From NCBI GenBank assembly GCA_045651165.1, contig JAZRRX010000037.1, positions 584 to 64,583 on the forward strand: a stretch of DNA of 64,000 bases, in the 5' to 3' direction. This DNA is from Eubacteriales bacterium. Lineage in GTDB: Bacteria > Bacillota > Clostridia > Oscillospirales > CAG-272. Both the position numbers and the translations under genes were made by a program. The notes below the pieces were generated by a model, which was not told the origin of the DNA, ran no database searches, and saw only the letters and a program-made list of their open reading frames with translations. This document shows, one piece after another, positions 58,503 through 64,000 of this stretch (position 1 is its first letter; each line of letters opens with the position of its first letter).

Positions 58503-58739
58503 TTTTCTACCTCTTTTATTTATTTAAAGTAAAATTGTTATCAATTTATTGTGTTCGCACACCGATATATTATATTACAATAGAATTAAAAAGTCAATAT
58601 AATTTCGTTACTTTTTTAACAAAAAACAAATTTTGTTTTTTTAGATAAAAAACAAGAAAAATATTAAATGATGATGATAATTTTAACAATAAAAAAGCAG
58701 GGAGCAGTTAATCTCCCTGTTTTTTATTTTGTTGGTTTA

Positions 58740-59081
58740 TTAGTCATCTTTTTCCGAATCGTGAGTATGTTTCAATTCAAAGTGAATAAGGATGCTCATA
58801 AGCGCTCTCAAAGCAAACACTGCTCCAAGAACCAACAACTCATCAAGGTCGTGAACGATGAGTGTTTTAAGTATTTCTGCGCCGAGCTTAAATTCAAGAC
58901 CTGTTGCAAGACCTTTTGCAAGGTGAGTTTGAATTCTATTGTGTTTTCTCATGAATGTGTTTTGGATGTATTCTCCAAAAGCTTTAATGCAAGTCCAAAA
59001 GACAATGAAAACACCCATTAATTCAAGAATAAAAACTATAGCTGGAATAACTATTTGGGAAATGTCGTGAAGTGTATGCAT
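58740..59081 (-). CDS. DUF1622 membrane protein
   Basis: GLEFKLGAEILKT motif. Confidence 0.85.
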   Translation of the reverse strand: MHTLHDISQIVIPAIVFILELMGVFIVFWTCIKAFGEYIQNTFMRKHNRIQTHLAKGLATGLEFKLGAEILKTLIVHDLDELLVLGAVFALRALMSILIHFELKHTHDSEKDD

Positions 59082-59221
59082 TTTTATTTCTCCTAAAATA
59101 TAAATTCAACTTATTATAGTTTGTTGCGCGAATTTTGTCAATATTTATTTTAATTTTTCTTTATAAAGTTGTACCATTTTTTATGAAATTTATTAAAATA
59201 TTATCAATATATACTTTTTTA

Positions 59222-59250
59222 TTGACAAATAAAATTTGCCGTGATATAAT
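59222..59250 (+). promoter_or_regulatory. sigma-A promoter of the rnf operon
   Basis: TTGACA-17 nt-TATAAT with extended TG. Confidence 0.8.
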
Positions 59251-59330
59251 AAAATGATAATTTATGGTTTTGTGAACCTTGATTATAAAATAAAAAAGCA
59301 TTTAAATATAAACGAAAGGTAGGATTGTGT

Positions 59331-60635
59331 ATGTCTTTTTTTATGAATAGCATTCCCGTTCCAATGAGAAAGAATACCGCAGGCACTCCTTCTGCAACTA
59401 TGGGTGATGCTAAAGTCGTTACTCTTCCTATGCAGATGCACATTGGTGAGCCGGCTAAACCTGTTGTTAAAATGGGTGATCTTGTTAAGGTTGGAACATT
59501 AATTGCTGAGGCTAATGGAGAATTATCATCTCCTATTTATGCGAGCGTTTCCGGTAAGGTAACAAAACTCGCCGATTACGTTACTGTATCTGGTAAAACA
59601 GTACCTGCAGTTGTAATCACATCCGATGGCGAGATGGTTCGCGAAGAATTTGAAGCACCCGCTGTGAACACACGCGAAGAACTTCTTGCAGCTATTTTGA
59701 ATAGCGGAGTAGTTGGTCTTGGAGGTGCTGGATTCCCAACACATCGTAAGTTTGACGTTGATTTCGAAAAAGTTGAAGTTCTTATCGTTAATGGTACAGA
59801 GTGTGAGCCCTTTATCACAAGTGATGATCACACAATGAACGAAAGAGCAGGGGATATTGAATACGCTCTTAAAGCATATCAAAATTATTTTGGTATCAAG
59901 CGCATCATTATCGGCGTTGGCGATAATAAAAAAGATGCTAATGCAAAAATGGAGGAAGTTGCTTCTCACATTCTTGGTTCAGAAGTAATGGCATTCCCCT
60001 CTACCTACTCACACGGAAGTGAAGAGGCAATTATTTACCACACACTTGGCAAGGTTCTTTCTGCAGAACAGCACCCAATAGATCTTGGTTGCCTTGTTAC
60101 AAACGTAACTACAGTTGCTACTATTGGTCACTATCTTAAGACAGGTGAACCTCTTACACACAGATTTGTTACTGTTGACGGTGCGTGTGTTAAAAATCCT
60201 CAGTGCGTTCTTGCACCCATCGGTGTATCACTTGCAGAGCTTATTGAATTCTGTGGTGGATTTGTAGAAGAACCTCAAAAGGTTGTAGTTGGTGGCCCTA
60301 TGATGGGTATATCCGTTCCTTCTCTTGATACACCCGTTACTAAAACAACAAATGCGGTACTTGCTCTTTCTGAAGAGCAAACTCGTTTCCCAAAAGAAAC
60401 AGCTTGTATTCGTTGTGGTAAATGTACAAATAACTGTCCTTTGGGTCTTGCACCTGCAGCTATTGAAAAAGCATATAAGCAGAAAGATGCTGAGCTTCTT
60501 CAAAAGCTTATGGTAAATGTATGTATGGAGTGTGGAAGCTGCTCATATCTTTGCCCTGCGCATCGCCCCTTGGTACAGACTAATAAGCTTGCAAAAATGT
60601 TTTTGCAAGAAGAACAAAGCAAAGGAGGCAACTAA
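59331..60635 (+). CDS. rnfC: Rnf complex subunit C
   Basis: MHIG, GLGGAGFPT, ECEP, GGPMMG and two CxxCxxCxxxCP. Confidence 0.92.
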   Translation: MSFFMNSIPVPMRKNTAGTPSATMGDAKVVTLPMQMHIGEPAKPVVKMGDLVKVGTLIAEANGELSSPIYASVSGKVTKLADYVTVSGKTVPAVVITSDGEMVREEFEAPAVNTREELLAAILNSGVVGLGGAGFPTHRKFDVDFEKVEVLIVNGTECEPFITSDDHTMNERAGDIEYALKAYQNYFGIKRIIIGVGDNKKDANAKMEEVASHILGSEVMAFPSTYSHGSEEAIIYHTLGKVLSAEQHPIDLGCLVTNVTTVATIGHYLKTGEPLTHRFVTVDGACVKNPQCVLAPIGVSLAELIEFCGGFVEEPQKVVVGGPMMGISVPSLDTPVTKTTNAVLALSEEQTRFPKETACIRCGKCTNNCPLGLAPAAIEKAYKQKDAELLQKLMVNVCMECGSCSYLCPAHRPLVQTNKLAKMFLQEEQSKGGN

Positions 60636-60638
60636 ATA

Positions 60639-61565
60639 ATGAATAAAATGTTGCATATGTCCGTTTCTCCCCATATTCACTGTGGAAGAAGCACATCACA
60701 AATTATGCGTGACGTTTTTGTTGCACTTGTTCCTGCCGCAGGCGCAGGTGTTGCAATCTTCGGACTTCGCGCACTCCTCGTTATTGCTGTTTGCGTTGCG
60801 AGCTGTGTTGGTCTTGAAGCATTGTTTAATTATATCGTTAAAAAAGAGCAGACAATCGGTGATTACAGCGCGGCTGTAACAGGATTGCTTCTTGCACTTA
60901 ATCTCCCTGCAAATATTCCTGTATGGCAATGTGTTGTGGGTTCTGCATTTGCAATCATTATTGTAAAATGCTTGTTTGGTGGACTTGGCTATAACGTAGT
61001 TAATCCCGCTATCACAGCAAGAGTATTTATGCTTGTATCTTTCGCAAGCGTAGGTAAGGCAGCTCAACCCATATTGGCTGATACAGTTACTGGTGCTACA
61101 CCTTTGGCACGCTTTGCAGAGGGTGAAACAGTTGGACTTATGGACCTCTTCTTTGGAACACACGGTGGTACTATAGGTGAAACTTGCATTATTGCTTTGC
61201 TTTTGGGATTCCTTTATCTCCTTGTTAAACGCGTTATTACATGGCAGATTCCCGTAACATTTATCGGTAGCGTTTTCGTATTCTCTTTCCTTATGGAAGG
61301 CGATGCAATGAAGGCGTTGGCTCTTACACTTTCAGGTGGACTTATTCTCGGTGCAGTATTTATGGCTACCGACTACGTAACAAGCCCTGTTACTCCTTGG
61401 GGTAAAGTAATCTTTGGTGTTGGATGCGGTCTTTTGACATTCCTTATCAGATATTTTGGAACTTATATTGAGGGCGTTTCCTTTGCGATACTTATTATGA
61501 ATATACTTACACCCTATATTGATAAGTTTACAGCACATAAGGTATTTGGAGGTAAGAAGGCATGA
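60639..61565 (+). CDS. rnfD: Rnf complex subunit D
   Basis: SPHIH, FGGLG.N..NPA, TGATPL and FMATD. Confidence 0.95.
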   Translation: MNKMLHMSVSPHIHCGRSTSQIMRDVFVALVPAAGAGVAIFGLRALLVIAVCVASCVGLEALFNYIVKKEQTIGDYSAAVTGLLLALNLPANIPVWQCVVGSAFAIIIVKCLFGGLGYNVVNPAITARVFMLVSFASVGKAAQPILADTVTGATPLARFAEGETVGLMDLFFGTHGGTIGETCIIALLLGFLYLLVKRVITWQIPVTFIGSVFVFSFLMEGDAMKALALTLSGGLILGAVFMATDYVTSPVTPWGKVIFGVGCGLLTFLIRYFGTYIEGVSFAILIMNILTPYIDKFTAHKVFGGKKA

Positions 61566-62740
61566 AAAAGCATTTGAAAAGTATTCTTACACTCTTTGCT
61601 ATTTGTGCGATAGTTTCTATTGCACTTGCGGTTTGTTTTGAAATTACAAACCCAATCATTCTCGAAAGACAACAGGCAGCTGCAAGCGGTGCGCTTCTTG
61701 AAGTAATGCCTGAGGGTGGTACATTCGAAAAGATGGACACAAGTTCTTATACTCTTCCTGCTACTATTAAGGAAGTGCATAAGGCAAGCAATGGTGGTTA
61801 TGTATTCCAAGTGGAATTTGCCGGATTTAATCCCGGCAACGTTGCAATGATCGGTGTTTCTGCTGACGGCAAGGTTACAGGTACAAAGATTATTACTAAC
61901 GTAGAGTCCTCAGGTTACGGTGCAGACCATCTTCCTGCTCTTGATGGCAAGGGACATTACAACGGCGCTGATGCTTCAACAATTGATAGTGTTGACACAG
62001 TTTCTGGTTGTACAGTTTCCACAAAGGCATATCGTGCAGTTGTTAAAGACACACTTAATGCCGCCCTTATTCTCGGTGGTGGCGAAGTTGACCTTCGTGA
62101 TCCCGCACAAATTCTTAATGACAATCTCAATGCAGCACTCGGTACAGAGGGCGTTGAATTCGACAAACATTTCTTCACCGAAGTAGTTGAAGGCGTTGAT
62201 GCTATCTACGTTGCAAAGACAGGTGAAGGCCATGTTGTAGTGATTGGTGAAACATTTGTTGGTGTTGATGCTGAGGGCAACGTTGTTGGTGAAGCAAATG
62301 AAGTAGCAGCAAATGCAATTGCAACAATCAAAGAAACAACATTTACTGAACTTAATCTTTCTGAATTCACAGGACTTTCTAAGAGAATTAAGTCCGCAAA
62401 GGTTACAAACGCCGGCGTTTATGTAATTGAAGTTGAAGGCGCAGGATTTGGTATCAATGGTGATTCTCACTACGGTGCTTCTCGTGAATATATCCAAATT
62501 AGAGTTTCTATTACTGCTGACGGTACAATTGTTGACTGTTATACAGTTTACCAGAGCGAAACAAATGGATTCGGTTCAGCTTGTGCTGATGAAGAATTCT
62601 ATGGTCAGTTTGCTGGCAAGACACAAAATAACTACAAAGATATCATCATTGCAGGTTCAACCTACACAACTGATGGTTATCATTCCGCTATAAAGAATGC
62701 CTTTAAGGCAGTTGCAATTTTCGAAGGAGGTGCTAACTAA
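61562..62740 (+). CDS. rnfG: Rnf complex subunit G, long form with two FMN-binding domains
   Basis: N-terminal TM; operon position; SGCT and AGST flavinylation-like motifs. Confidence 0.85.
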   Translation: MKKHLKSILTLFAICAIVSIALAVCFEITNPIILERQQAAASGALLEVMPEGGTFEKMDTSSYTLPATIKEVHKASNGGYVFQVEFAGFNPGNVAMIGVSADGKVTGTKIITNVESSGYGADHLPALDGKGHYNGADASTIDSVDTVSGCTVSTKAYRAVVKDTLNAALILGGGEVDLRDPAQILNDNLNAALGTEGVEFDKHFFTEVVEGVDAIYVAKTGEGHVVVIGETFVGVDAEGNVVGEANEVAANAIATIKETTFTELNLSEFTGLSKRIKSAKVTNAGVYVIEVEGAGFGINGDSHYGASREYIQIRVSITADGTIVDCYTVYQSETNGFGSACADEEFYGQFAGKTQNNYKDIIIAGSTYTTDGYHSAIKNAFKAVAIFEGGAN

Positions 62741-63429
62741 TGAGTAAGAATAACAATCTCTCTGTTATAACAAAGGGTATTCTTAAAGAAAACCCTGTAT
62801 TCGTGCTTGTTCTTGGCACATGTCCTACTCTTGCCGTAACAAATAACGTGTTCGGCGCATTTGGTATGGGTATTGCGGCTATGATAGTTCTTATCTGCTC
62901 AAATATGCTCATTTCTGCACTTCGTAAGGTTATTCCTGACAGTGTTCGTATTCCTTCTTATATCGTAATCATCGCGGGCTTTGTTACTATCGTTCAGATG
63001 GTTGTTCAGGCGTTCTTGCCCGACCTTGACAAAATGCTTGGTGTATATCTTCCTCTTATAGTTGTTAACTGTATCATTCTTGGTAGAGCCGAGATGTTTG
63101 CAGGTAAGAACACAGTTGGAAAGAGCGCACTTGACGGCGTTGGTATGGGTATCGGATTTACACTTGCCTTAGTTTCTATGGCAGTGGTTCGTGAGGTTTT
63201 GGGTTCTGCGTCATTTGCAGGAACTGCAATTCCTTTCCTTGAGCCATATAAGATTGCTTTCCTTTCAAAAGCACCTGGTGGCTTGCTTGTTTACGGTCTT
63301 CTTATTGCCGTTGTTTACGTTGTTACAAATGGAGCAGCACCCAAGAAGAGATCATTCTCTTGCGAAGGCTGTCCTTCACGTGCTCATTGTAATCCTGCCG
63401 CTTGTGGCGGAGAAAAGGAGGAAGCATAA
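62740..63429 (+). CDS. rnfE: Rnf complex subunit E
   Basis: ENPVFVLVLGTCP, PLIVVNCIILGRAE and REVLG. Confidence 0.95.
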   Translation: MSKNNNLSVITKGILKENPVFVLVLGTCPTLAVTNNVFGAFGMGIAAMIVLICSNMLISALRKVIPDSVRIPSYIVIIAGFVTIVQMVVQAFLPDLDKMLGVYLPLIVVNCIILGRAEMFAGKNTVGKSALDGVGMGIGFTLALVSMAVVREVLGSASFAGTAIPFLEPYKIAFLSKAPGGLLVYGLLIAVVYVVTNGAAPKKRSFSCEGCPSRAHCNPAACGGEKEEA

Positions 63430-64000
63430 ATGGAAGCTATTAAAAGTATGCTCGTAATTTTGTTGTCTGCCGTATTGGTTAACAACTACGTTTTGGTTAG
63501 ATTCCTTGGTATCTGCCCCTTCCTTGGTGTATCTAAAAAGATAGACCAGGCATCCGGTATGGGTGTTGCTGTTACTGTTGTTATGCTTCTTGCAACTGCT
63601 GCAACTTGGCCAATTCAAAAGTATATTCTCGACCCCAACGGTCTTGGATATATGCAGACTATTGTATTTATCGTTATCATTGCATCTCTTGTTCAGATGC
63701 TTGAAATCGTTCTTAAAAAATTCATTCCTTCACTTCACGCAGGACTTGGTGTATATCTTCCTTTGATTACAACAAACTGTGCAGTGCTTGGTGTTGCTAT
63801 TAACAATATCAATGATGGTTATACATTCCTTGAATCTATGGTAAGTTCACTTGGCGTAGGTATTGGATTCCTTCTTGCGATGGTTCTTTTCTCAGGAATT
63901 CGTTCCAGAATTGATGAAACACAGGTTCCAAAGCCCTTCAGAGGCGTTGCAATTACACTCGTAGCTGCATCCTTCTTGTCTCTTGCATTTATGGGCTTTG
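63430..64000 (+). CDS. rnfA: Rnf complex subunit A, cut by the window end
   Basis: Manual translation: NNYVLVRFLGICPFLGVS...LPLITTNCAVLG. Confidence 0.93.
   Translation, partial: MEAIKSMLVILLSAVLVNNYVLVRFLGICPFLGVSKKIDQASGMGVAVTVVMLLATAATWPIQKYILDPNGLGYMQTIVFIVIIASLVQMLEIVLKKFIPSLHAGLGVYLPLITTNCAVLGVAINNINDGYTFLESMVSSLGVGIGFLLAMVLFSGIRSRIDETQVPKPFRGVAITLVAASFLSLAFMGF

Noticed and set aside
59260-59300. Rex operator upstream of rnf
   Set aside because: Only the TTGTGAA half-site matches; the second half and spacing are poor.

Overview
AT-rich chromosomal segment of a spore-forming Clostridia-type (Bacillota) anaerobe, inferred from the Prp-processed L27, Nfn and Rnf genes and sporulation-type promoters. 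Most of it is housekeeping and metabolic DNA: rplU-prp-rpmA with an L21 leader, yceD-rpmF, nrdR, tRNA-Arg(CCT), tRNA-Gln(CTG), coaX plus an ECF S-component, several peptidases and esterases, transporters, nfnAB and rnfCDGEA (cut by the window end). No CRISPR array, rRNA or intact prophage is visible. The best leads are: (1) a 90-aa protein that is 82% Asn/Gln, divergently paired with an amidohydrolase across a palindrome that reads as a SigG-like promoter on both strands; (2) a RAYT-type HUH nuclease gene carrying its own inverted REP pair in-frame around the HUH motif; (3) a family of shared short ends bounding a 354-bp nested palindrome and possibly a chromate-transporter/SDR cargo block; (4) a 192-bp tandem duplication at the tRNA-Gln 3' end; (5) an SOS-boxed module of small phage-like genes; (6) a pan-motif-like leader; and (7) unusual domain fusions. 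All family assignments come from motif recognition by eye; no database search was run.
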